A stretch of DNA of 64,000 nt from an uncultured Bacilli bacterium (GTDB lineage Bacteria; Bacillota_I; Bacilli_A; RFN20; CAG-826): positions 494,350-558,349 of the forward strand of contig CALVUI010000001.1 of NCBI GenBank assembly GCA_944363565.1, written 5' to 3'. Shown one piece after another: positions 9,662-17,945 of the stretch. The translations under genes and the position numbers were made by a program. A model generated the notes under the pieces. The model was not told the origin of the DNA and searched no databases. It worked only from the letters and a program-made list of their open reading frames with translations. Numbering within the stretch: position 1 is the stretch's first letter; each line of letters opens with the position of its first letter.

Positions 9662-10509
9662 CACCAAAGCCCCCTTTCGGCCTCGTAACGGTCTTCGACG
9701 CGATGGTAGACGGCGAGGGCTTCTCCCTCTAGACAAAGGAAGATCTTCTCCCCGTAGTCGGGGAGATAGAAGGGACGGCCGTCGATAACGGCCTTCCTCT
9801 CTTCTTTCCGTATTTCTATGTGTTTGAGGCCACGGATGAACAAAGTGGGATCGAGGAGATCTTCCATGGTAGCTTCCTCGGCTTTCTTTGCTTGGGCAAT
9901 GAGGAAGGGACCGACGCTCAGCCTTCTGAGTTTGATGAGATGGCCGAGGGTTCCGAGTTTTTCGGCGATGTCCTCCCCGAGGGTCCTAACATAAGTCCCG
10001 CGGCTGACGGTAGAAGTGAAGGCGATGGTCTTTTCTTCCCTATCGTAACTAATGAGGTTGATGGAAGAGACTTCGATCTTCCTCTTCTTCAGTTCGTATT
10101 CCTCGCCCCGGGCGGCCCGTTTGTAGGAAGGGACCCCGTTGATCTTGAGGGCGCTGTACTTAGGAGGTACCTGAAAGGATTTTCCCAGGAAGGAAGAAAG
10201 GACGTCCGCGATCTTCTGGGGATCGAGATCGGGAACTTCCGCGGCCTTGAGGGTTTCCCCTAGGAGGTCCCCGGTCGCGGTCTTGGTCCCGAGCTTCAAA
10301 ACGGCGAAGTAGGATTTATGGGCATCGTCGAGATAAGGCAGGAGCTTGGTGGCCTTGCCGAGGGCCAAGACCAAAAGGCCGGAGGCAAAGGGATCGAGGG
10401 TCCCGAGGTGGCCGCATTTTCTCTCGCCTAAAGTATGGGAAACGAGGTTATCGACCTTCCTCGAGGTCACGCCCTCGTCCTTGTCGATCAAAAGAATACC
10501 GTTGGGCAT
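9661..10509 (-). CDS. truB: tRNA pseudouridine-55 synthase
   Basis: 282 aa. NGILLIDKDEGVTS and the catalytic GHLGTLDPFASGLL motif. Confidence 0.93.
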   Translation of the reverse strand: MPNGILLIDKDEGVTSRKVDNLVSHTLGERKCGHLGTLDPFASGLLVLALGKATKLLPYLDDAHKSYFAVLKLGTKTATGDLLGETLKAAEVPDLDPQKIADVLSSFLGKSFQVPPKYSALKINGVPSYKRAARGEEYELKKRKIEVSSINLISYDREEKTIAFTSTVSRGTYVRTLGEDIAEKLGTLGHLIKLRRLSVGPFLIAQAKKAEEATMEDLLDPTLFIRGLKHIEIRKEERKAVIDGRPFYLPDYGEKIFLCLEGEALAVYHRVEDRYEAERGLW

Positions 10510-10531
10510 GGAGCAATTTTATAATGTCCCC

Positions 10532-11653
10532 ATGCCAAAAAGTAAGCACATCCGCGCGGTCTTGGCCGCTTTGCGAAGGGCCGATGCCGATTTCTCTCTT
10601 ATCGATGAAGGTGACCGTATCGCTTTGGGTCTAAGTGGAGGCAAGGATAGCCTTTGCCTTCTATACGCTTTGAGCTTATATGGGAGGTTCGCCGGGAAGA
10701 AGTTCAAGGTCTATCCGGTCTTCATGGATCTCGGTTTTGGAAACGTCGACATCATTGCCCTCAAGGAATATTGTGGAAGTCTCGGCTATGAGCTGACGGT
10801 CAATGATTCGGCCTTCGTCTACGATGTCCTAAAAGCCCATCAGGAAAAGGGGAAGCATCTCCCCTGTTCGATCTGCTCAAGGATGAAGAAGGCCGCCATC
10901 AATGCCGAGGCCAAGAGGCTAAGATGCAACAAGGTGGCCTTTGCCCACCACCAGGACGACGCGGTCGAGACCCTCTTCATGAACATGGTCCATGGAGGGA
11001 GGGTCGCCACCTTCTCCCCGAAGATGGTCCTAAAAAGAAGCGGTCTGACTTTCATTCGTCCCCTCATCTATTGCCATGAGAAGCAAATGATCGATCTAGC
11101 CAAGGAAATGGAACTCCCGGTCTTGAAGTCGGCCTGCCCGGCCGACGGCCATACCGACCGCGAGGAAGTGAAGCATTTGTTGCAAGACATCTATAGGAAA
11201 TACCCGGAAGCCGAGAAGAACTTTGGGTATATGCTGAAGAACCACGAGGCCTTCGACCTCTATTTCGACGACATCGAATTGGAGGGGGAAGTCCCGACCG
11301 GCTATAGCGTCTCCCCCGTCGTCAGTGCCCGTCAAATGCGGGGCCTGAAGCTTTCCTCCAAGAAGGAAAGGGAGGGGGAACGCGACTTCGTCATCAGGAA
11401 AAACCACGAGGTGGTGGGGGAAGTGGCGTTGGTGAAGCTTTTGCCGCACCGTTACGGGCTCTACTACCTAGAAGGGGACGAGAAAACCCTCGCCAAGGGC
11501 TTATCGGTCCTCATCGAGCGCCTTTCCAAGGACGTCTTCCCCTTGACCCTAATCATGGAAAGGGGGCATCCGAAGGTGGCAAAAGCCCTAGGGTTTGCCT
11601 ACCTCCCCGTCCCCGGAAGCGGGAAGAAGGGCTACTTCAGGAAGATCGGCTGA
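10532..11653 (+). CDS. PP-loop ATPase of the TtcA/tRNA-thiolation family with extra C-terminal domain
   Basis: The ORF track starts at 10346, but that region is antisense to truB. I used ATG 10532 (MPKSKHIR); 10508 is an alternative. PP-loop LGLSGGKDS, LPCSICSRMKK motif, and a ~120-aa C-terminal extension of unknown function. Confidence 0.8.
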   Translation: MPKSKHIRAVLAALRRADADFSLIDEGDRIALGLSGGKDSLCLLYALSLYGRFAGKKFKVYPVFMDLGFGNVDIIALKEYCGSLGYELTVNDSAFVYDVLKAHQEKGKHLPCSICSRMKKAAINAEAKRLRCNKVAFAHHQDDAVETLFMNMVHGGRVATFSPKMVLKRSGLTFIRPLIYCHEKQMIDLAKEMELPVLKSACPADGHTDREEVKHLLQDIYRKYPEAEKNFGYMLKNHEAFDLYFDDIELEGEVPTGYSVSPVVSARQMRGLKLSSKKEREGERDFVIRKNHEVVGEVALVKLLPHRYGLYYLEGDEKTLAKGLSVLIERLSKDVFPLTLIMERGHPKVAKALGFAYLPVPGSGKKGYFRKIG

Positions 11654-12616
11654 AGGCCGGCTTAGGGCCTCGGCCGCCTCAAGGTAGAAGGCGGCGAGGT
11701 CTTTTTTGAAGGACGCGGGCTCGAGTATTTCCATTTCCTTCCCGAAGCGCAGCAAGTAGTTGAAGAGCTTGAGGTAGGGCCCTTCGAGGAGGTAGACCCC
11801 CTCCCCCAATGGGGTTACTTCCGGGCGGTTGTGCCAAAAGGCCCGTAGCATCCGCTTCCCTTCCTTGCTTAATCTGACTTTGACGCGCCTAGGCACGTCG
11901 GAAAGGTAGTCGGGCCCTTGGGCCAAGGCCCGGGCAAGCCTTTCCTCCTCTTCCTCGTCGAAGTCGCAGCGAACCAGACTCGGATAGACTTCCCCGAGGC
12001 GGTTGAGGCGGATGGAGGTCACGCGGTCAGCGAGGAGGCCCACCGCGTAGACAAAGTATTCCTCGCGGCTAGGAAGGACGGCATAGAGGCGGAAGAGGGC
12101 CTTGCCCTCCTTCGAGGAAATCTTGACCGCCGTCTTCGAGGAAAGCGCCTCTTCCAAGATCAAGAGGGTATCGCGGAACATCCAGGCTTCCCGTTCGGCC
12201 TGGGGCAAGGAGACGTAGGAATCGAAGAGACTACGGAGGTAGTCGCTCATCGAGCGGTCGCTTAGGTACTCCGACTCGATGCGGTCGATGATCCGTAGGC
12301 ACTCCTTGCTGGGGCGGAAAGAAAGGGAACAGTCGAACTTGGCCTTGAATAGACGCGGGGGCCGGCTTTCAAGCAGAGGCAGCAAGGCCGTGGTGAGCTT
12401 CCCGTACCTCGCCATCTTCTTGAGGGTGAAGGAGCGGACCTTTTCCTCGAGCCTCTTGGAAGCCACCTCGATGTGGGGGAAATAGTTGACGATGAGGGTG
12501 GAAAGGAAGCGGCTTTTGTTGACTTCGTTGCCGCGGTAGAAGCCGAAGCGCTCCATGTCGCTGGTGAGGACATAGTACGTAAGGTAGGTGAGGTTGACCT
12601 TGATCTTTTCTTCCAT
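11588..12616 (-). CDS. WYL + WCX domain protein (putative nucleic-acid-sensing regulator)
   Basis: Start trimmed to ATG 12614-12616 (MEEKIKVNL), preceded by GAAGGGGA. WYL-like core FVYAVGLLADRVTSIRLNRLGEV. C-terminal WCX-like LLRFGKEMEILEPASFKKDL. The 3' end overlaps the convergent upstream gene by 66 nt. Confidence 0.7.
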   Translation of the reverse strand: MEEKIKVNLTYLTYYVLTSDMERFGFYRGNEVNKSRFLSTLIVNYFPHIEVASKRLEEKVRSFTLKKMARYGKLTTALLPLLESRPPRLFKAKFDCSLSFRPSKECLRIIDRIESEYLSDRSMSDYLRSLFDSYVSLPQAEREAWMFRDTLLILEEALSSKTAVKISSKEGKALFRLYAVLPSREEYFVYAVGLLADRVTSIRLNRLGEVYPSLVRCDFDEEEEERLARALAQGPDYLSDVPRRVKVRLSKEGKRMLRAFWHNRPEVTPLGEGVYLLEGPYLKLFNYLLRFGKEMEILEPASFKKDLAAFYLEAAEALSRPSADLPEVALLPASGDGEVGKP

Positions 12617-12758
12617 GGTTTTCCCCTTCGTTCCTTGATTCGGAACCATTTTACAACTTGAATTAAGGATATTCCTAATGTTTCTTGTCATAAACATGAC
12701 CCTTTCATTTATGTTTTTTGCCCCTCTTTTATTTTCCCTAGCGGGATACAATACGCCT

Positions 12759-13305
12759 GCACCCCGGTGAAGTTGGTCTTACAGACCGCCGGGAGGTGCC
12801 CGACATGAGCGGCCCTCGGGGGATACCCCGCGGGAGAGCGAACGCCGCGGCCGATAGCCAAAGGCCGCGGGGAGAGGCGTGAGCCTCCCCGCCGGGCATT
12901 GTGCGGGCATGGTCGACACCTAGACTGCCCGAAGGCGCAGGGGAACAAGTTCCCGCAAGGGACGCCGTCTCCCAACAGTGTGAGAAACTGCGGAGCAAGG
13001 GACGGTATTCTCAAGACAATCCCTCGGAGTTGACGTCGGGGAAACCCGCCTATAATGCGCAATCGGGGCACGAGTAGGGGAAGCTCCAAAGTTTCCATGG
13101 AATGTCGAGATCCGACGTTCCCTGAAAGTCGGGCGAGGCAGATTCGCCCCCAGGCCATCGCAAGATGGTGTCTCATGGCCCTACTAGGGTTCGGGTCGCT
13201 CCCGGGCTCTCGGGGTAGGGTCGCCTGGTCAGTTAGCAAGGCCCAGACCACAACGCCCGTAAGGGGAAGCCCTGCAAGCCAAATGCCGCCCTCGGGCGGT
13301 TTTTG
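12759..13305 (+). ncRNA. Unclassified large (~550 nt) structured RNA candidate
   Basis: ORF-free GC-rich block. TACAAT -10 box at 12747-12752. Many stable hairpins, at least five of them GNRA-capped (coordinates in the findings). Ends in a GC stem plus T5 terminator at 13286-13304. The 5' end is only inferred. Confidence 0.55.
13286..13304 (+). terminator. Intrinsic terminator ending the structured RNA candidate
   Basis: CCGCC-CUCG-GGCGG stem-loop (13286-13299) followed by TTTTT (13300-13304). Confidence 0.65.
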
Positions 13306-13431
13306 GCATGCTCTCCCCTGCCGCTACCGAGCTTGGACGCTCGTCATGGCGACGATATATCGCTTCCTCTCTCTACTGTTTTAAGGCATATGACCGCTGA
13401 CAGAGGGGCGCGGCCTCAGTAGAATTGGCTC

Positions 13432-13725
13432 ATGTTCCACGCCCTCGTCGATTTTTCCGAAGAACGCAACTGGTGTTACGTCCTCATCGTCTACCCTCTC
13501 GTCATTGCCGTCCTTTGCCTCTTCCCAGTCCTGGACTATTTCGGCCTCTACAACTTCGCCGAGGATTTCCTTGGGGTGTTCGCCGACATGGCCCTCATCG
13601 AGTCCCTCGTCAAGGGCATCTTCATGTGGGCCGTCGTCATCGCCGCCGGGGTCTTCCTGGCCGCCCTCGTCTACATCGGCACCTTCGCCCGGGACCGACG
13701 CCACTTTTCCTTCAGCGATTGTTAG
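13432..13725 (+). CDS. Small membrane protein (5' part of a possibly single gene interrupted by an in-frame TAG)
   Basis: 97-aa ORF with strongly host-like C-ending codons. Two hydrophobic helices (WCYVLIVYPLVIAVLCLFPVL; GIFMWAVVIAAGVFLAALVYIGTF). TAG at 13726-13728 is in frame with the next ORF. Confidence 0.65.
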   Translation: MFHALVDFSEERNWCYVLIVYPLVIAVLCLFPVLDYFGLYNFAEDFLGVFADMALIESLVKGIFMWAVVIAAGVFLAALVYIGTFARDRRHFSFSDC

Positions 13726-13749
13726 AACGACATCTTCAACATCCTTTGC

Positions 13750-14334
13750 ATGGGTTCCCTCATCGGGGGAACCGTCACGATGATATGTTTGGCCCGCCTC
13801 GAGGGGTATGAACCCATCGACGTCCGCATCTTCTATTTTTCCTGCATCTTCGAGGGGTGCTTCCTCCACTGCCTCGTCTATAGCCTCTACCGCATGTTTG
13901 CCTGCACCCCATTCCTCAAGACCCTCGTCCGTCCCTTGCTCATCCCCGTCGACCTCCTCTCCGGTTCCTTCGACAAGGCCTTCCGTTACTCTTCTTCCGG
14001 TACCCACAAGGAAATCCGCGACGAGGCCGGTTACGACCTGGAGAGTTACGAATACACGACCACGAGGACGGAAAGCAGACAGGTGACTTCCTACCACGAC
14101 GCCTTCGTAAAGGACGAATACCAAAACGCCAGGCGCATCCGGGTCCAAGTGGATAGCCGTTACGAGGTACCGTTGACCGAAACCCATACGGGGGTCAAAC
14201 GGAAGGACTACCGCCAGAAGAGGGAATACACGATAGAAGAAGGCCAAAAGACCTCGAACAGGACCGGGAAGACCTATTCCTATTCCCGGGTCGTGGGCCG
14301 CAAGAACGTCGGGAAGAAGCGTTACGACGATTAG
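13750..14334 (+). CDS. Hypothetical protein, same frame as 13432..13725 (hydrophobic N-terminus, charged Tyr/Arg/Lys-rich C-terminus)
   Basis: 194-aa ORF with host-like codon usage. That usage also holds for the 7 codons between the TAG and the ATG. The 321-aa minus-strand ORF over the same DNA has antisense-type composition. Confidence 0.6.
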   Translation: MGSLIGGTVTMICLARLEGYEPIDVRIFYFSCIFEGCFLHCLVYSLYRMFACTPFLKTLVRPLLIPVDLLSGSFDKAFRYSSSGTHKEIRDEAGYDLESYEYTTTRTESRQVTSYHDAFVKDEYQNARRIRVQVDSRYEVPLTETHTGVKRKDYRQKREYTIEEGQKTSNRTGKTYSYSRVVGRKNVGKKRYDD

Positions 14335-14843
14335 ACCATCGCCCAAAGCTTTGGGGATCCGTCCGAAGCGATGATAGCCCTATTCTTCCCCGTCTTCTTC
14401 TTTGTCTCCCTTCTTTGCCTCCTCATACCGTTCTTCGATATGGTTGCAAACGTCGTCACCTAGGGTGCCTCGGATCCTCGAAAGGAACTCGTCGAAGATC
14501 ATGGGGGATTCGGGTTCATTTATTCTTGGCTGGCTCGATCATGGAAATCTCCTTCGGGCCCATAGTAGTGCCCGTTGCAAGGGCATCTTGCCTAGGGAAG
14601 GCTACGTGTCCAGGAATCGGACTTCGTTTTTCACTACCCCAAATCCTAAGCCCCACCTAGTATTCCTTCGCATTCTCCGGCTTTCAATCGAACCCGTGAT
14701 TTGACTATGCGAAAACGTGAAAAACCTTGAGATCGTTCCCCTCTTGCCAAGCCTCCGAGCCGAATTTGGAATGAGGCCGCTCATGAACCCCTTTCGACAA
14801 GGAAATCGATGCCTTCGATAAGATGAATGGTTCTATGTTGGAC

Positions 14844-15416
14844 TCACTCCCCCGACGATGGCTTGTCGAAACGAGCGAAAACCAGACGCTTCGGATCGTA
14901 GGTCTTGACCAATACGGTTTCTTGGTTGAACTCCCTACATAGGTCTTCGGCAATCGCAAGTAGGCCGGCGATGTTGATTCCCGTCATTTCGAACGCAAGG
15001 CTGTTCTCGTCGTAAACCCCTCCATCGTTTCCAACATATCTGCCGCGAAGGAATTTGCCATAGGTCCAACCTGTGGGGCCATCGGCGTTCCACATGGCTC
15101 CCTCCATATCCCCGTCATGGCCGTCCCCTTCCAGAAACGCATTGCGTTTCCCTTTGAGCCAACTTAGAAACCGCGCCTTGTTCGATTCCTCGGCACTGAC
15201 GTCCGAAGGCAAGACGATTATCCCACCGCGTTCCTCGGATGGAATTTCGCCTTTTGTCTCCTTCAAGACGACCCTGCCATCATCGTTACGGACGTCGATC
15301 GCCTCATAGAGATGCCTTCTAACGGAATAGGCATTGCCGAGGCCTTCGGCGAAGCCCTTCTCGTTGACCGCTGCGTACTTCCCCAACATCCTTTCGAATT
15401 CCTCGTGCTTTACCAT
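14844..15416 (-). CDS. Hypothetical protein
   Basis: 190-aa ORF (MVKHEEFERMLGKY...) with balanced composition. No recognisable motif. Confidence 0.6.
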   Translation of the reverse strand: MVKHEEFERMLGKYAAVNEKGFAEGLGNAYSVRRHLYEAIDVRNDDGRVVLKETKGEIPSEERGGIIVLPSDVSAEESNKARFLSWLKGKRNAFLEGDGHDGDMEGAMWNADGPTGWTYGKFLRGRYVGNDGGVYDENSLAFEMTGINIAGLLAIAEDLCREFNQETVLVKTYDPKRLVFARFDKPSSGE

Positions 15417-15736
15417 TCCCTAGATTAGCGGGATTTTCCGGCTAAAACGGAAAGGTGTCCTCGAAGTCCGCTTTCCTTCCCCTGTCCGCGAGTAAACGGA
15501 AGCTTTTTCCCGAGCTTTACATAAGGTATTCCCAAAACAAGCTTAGAAAAGATTGAGTTGACCAGCCGTCAATCAAAAAGGGCTGGCCACCTATGTCGGA
15601 GGCGGGTCAGATGAAGACGGCAGGCTTGATTTTTTGACGAGGCATTCAGCGGAATCGCTGGGATTGCAGAATCGGTCCCTTTTAATGTAGATGGATCCAA
15701 ATCGGGCATCATGAAGAATCCGCCCAAGGGGTAATG

Positions 15737-17884
15737 ATGGATTAGCAGAACCTTTTAGCAGGGGTCGGAATCAATCAAACTCTCATCACCTATGACGCTG
15801 TTGTAGATTAGCAGAACCTTTTAGCAGGGGTCGGAATCGCGAACTACGTCCGGACATCGGGGCACTAGGTAGATTAGCAGAACCTTTTAGCAGGGGTCGG
15901 AATCGAAGGGTGCGGAGACCCCGCGGGGGAAGCCGTAGATTAGCAGAACCTTTTAGCAGGGGTCGGAATCGCCTTTAAGGTTCTCTTGAAATCCAAAGAT
16001 GTAGATTAGCAGAACCTTTTAGCAGGGGTCGGAATCTCAACGGGCCAAGCGGTCCGCCCGGCGCTAGTAGATTAGCAGAACCTTTTAGCAGGGGTCGGAA
16101 TCGTCAGGTCCTTTCTTCCGTCCTTCACGCTCGTAGATTAGCAGAACCTTTTAGCAGGGGTCGGAATCGGATCAAGAAGGAATATCCGGAAATCGCGAGT
16201 AGATTAGCAGAACCTTTTAGCAGGGGTCGGAATCTCCTTCCTTTGGCCGTTCGCCCATGCCTGGAGTAGATTAGCAGAACCTTTTAGCAGGGGTCGGAAT
16301 CTGTAGCTGATGTGTTCATTTGTTTGGTGTCGTAGATTAGCAGAACCTTTTAGCAGGGGTCGGAATCCCACCACGATGGCGACGAGATTAGTCATCGGTA
16401 GATTAGCAGAACCTTTTAGCAGGGGTCGGAATCCGGCATGCAAAAAAACGCCCAGGATTACAGTAGATTAGCAGAACCTTTTAGCAGGGGTCGGAATCGC
16501 GTTCGGTCGTCAACTGATAGGTCTCATAGTAGATTAGCAGAACCTTTTAGCAGGGGTCGGAATCGTTGCGCATTACCTGGTTTGTATCAAGCATGTAGAT
16601 TAGCAGAACCTTTTAGCAGGGGTCGGAATCGGCTGCGGGAGAATACGGCGAACACACGCAGTAGATTAGCAGAACCTTTTAGCAGGGGTCGGAATCGCGT
16701 GGGTCATCAGCGCGGAACCCTATCCGGTAGATTAGCAGAACCTTTTAGCAGGGGTCGGAATCTGGTCAGGTTGTCGGCGTTGGTCAGTTTGAGTAGATTA
16801 GCAGAACCTTTTAGCAGGGGTCGGAATCAGATAACGCTTGCCGTCTCTTTCTATTAGGTAGATTAGCAGAACCTTTTAGCAGGGGTCGGAATCATGCACA
16901 ATGAACACCGGGGACATCATTCCGGTAGATTAGCAGAACCTTTTAGCAGGGGTCGGAATCGTCCAAGCGTGTTAACATACGCGCAAAGGAGTAGATTAGC
17001 AGAACCTTTTAGCAGGGGTCGGAATCAAGCGCAAGTATGGCTCTATGCCCATCGCTGTAGATTAGCAGAACCTTTTAGCAGGGGTCGGAATCATGGTTCC
17101 GAACTGCACATCGTATCGCGCCGTAGATTAGCAGAACCTTTTAGCAGGGGTCGGAATCCCCTTTCCATCTCGCCATCGCAAATCAGGCGTAGATTAGCAG
17201 AACCTTTTAGCAGGGGTCGGAATCCGATGGAGGTGAAAATGCTTTGAATCATCTGTAGATTAGCAGAACCTTTTAGCAGGGGTCGGAATCCTCTCCCCAT
17301 ATGAAAACCTCATCGCTTCCAGTAGATTAGCAGAACCTTTTAGCAGGGGTCGGAATCAACGATCAGGTGCGGAAAATGCGAGGCATGGTAGATTAGCAGA
17401 ACCTTTTAGCAGGGGTCGGAATCTCCCCAGATCAACAGATGGTAATGCGGTCTGTAGATTAGCAGAACCTTTTAGCAGGGGTCGGAATCCGATCTCGGCG
17501 ATTACAATCAATTTGTTGCGTAGATTAGCAGAACCTTTTAGCAGGGGTCGGAATCATCAAAACGGATATACCCAAGGGTATACTGGTAGATTAGCAGAAC
17601 CTTTTAGCAGGGGTCGGAATCCGAACATGGAGCAAGTTTGGTTTCCCCATTGTAGATTAGCAGAACCTTTTAGCAGGGGTCGGAATCGCTGGAGCCGAGG
17701 GATTAGGGAGACCGCGGGTAGATTAGCAGAACCTTTTAGCAGGGGTCGGAATCGGCGAGGGTCTTTTCCTCTTGCCCGGGGTGTAGATTAGCAGAACCTT
17801 TTAGCAGGGGTCGGAATCCCACACGGCCCGCGCACTCCTGAGGCGATGGTAGATTAGCAGAACCTTTTAGCAGGGGTCGGAATC
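15737..17884 (-). CRISPR. Type II CRISPR array: 33 x 36-nt repeats, 32 spacers of 29-31 nt
   Basis: Plus-strand repeat GTAGATTAGCAGAACCTTTTAGCAGGGGTCGGAATC, with starts counted one by one from 15737 to 17849. The repeat at 15737 is degenerate (ATGG instead of GTAG), so that is the trailer end. tracrRNA complementarity says the crRNA is the minus strand (repeat GATTCCGACCCCTGCTAAAAGGTTCTGCTAATCTAC). Confidence 0.97.
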
Positions 17885-17894
17885 CTACGAGCAA

Positions 17895-17918
17895 ATTATA
17901 GGCCAAAAAGTGTGTCAA
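17895..17918 (-). promoter_or_regulatory. Candidate pre-crRNA promoter in the short leader
   Basis: On the minus strand, a perfect TATAAT (plus 17895-17900) lies 10 nt upstream of the first repeat. A TTGACA is present (17913-17918), but at a non-canonical 12-nt spacing. Confidence 0.4.
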
Positions 17919-17945
17919 ATAGAAGGTTTTATGGTATTTTGAGTC

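Noticed and set aside
12745-13306. Identification of the structured RNA as RNase P RNA, tmRNA, SRP RNA, a cobalamin riboswitch or a group II intron
   Set aside because: CUGAAAGUCGGGC (13122-13134) and GCGGAGCAAGG (12990-13000) loosely resemble RNase P boxes. However, they are in the wrong order and position, and the ACAGAACCCGGCUUA-type P4 3' strand is absent. There is no tRNA-like CCA end or tag ORF, no SRP GGAA/AGCAGC helix 8 motif, no B12 box, and no domain V or RT ORF.
12709-13384. ORFs 12709..13251 (-), 12738..12998 (-) and 13055..13384 (+) inside the structured-RNA region
   Set aside because: They are Arg/Pro/Gly/Ser-rich, lack an RBS and lack host codon bias. The region is better explained by dense RNA secondary structure and its own terminator.
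13381-14346. 321-aa minus-strand ORF covering the membrane-protein region
   Set aside because: It has antisense-type D/E/G/V-rich composition. The plus frame 1 shows the strong C-ending codon bias of genuine host genes and encodes hydrophobic helices.
14380-14502. 40-aa minus-strand small ORF (MIFDEFLSRIRGTLGDDVCNHIEERYEEAKKGDKEEDGEE)
   Set aside because: It has host-like codons, but it is too short, has no clear RBS and cannot be supported without comparative data.
15421-15445. Possible extra degenerate CRISPR repeat (CTAGATTAGCGGGATTTTCCGG) ~300 nt beyond the array
   Set aside because: Only the first ~10 nt match the repeat. The spacing to the array does not fit the 66-nt period. It directly abuts the start codon (15416) of the 14844..15416 CDS.
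16204-17918. ORFs 16204..16443, 16438..16857, 16894..17247, 17091..17300, 17513..17791 and 17736..17918, all with repeating RLAEPFSRGRN / GFRPLLKGSANL peptides
   Set aside because: They are translations of the 36-nt CRISPR repeat read through the array. The periodic peptide repeat is an artefact, not a protein.
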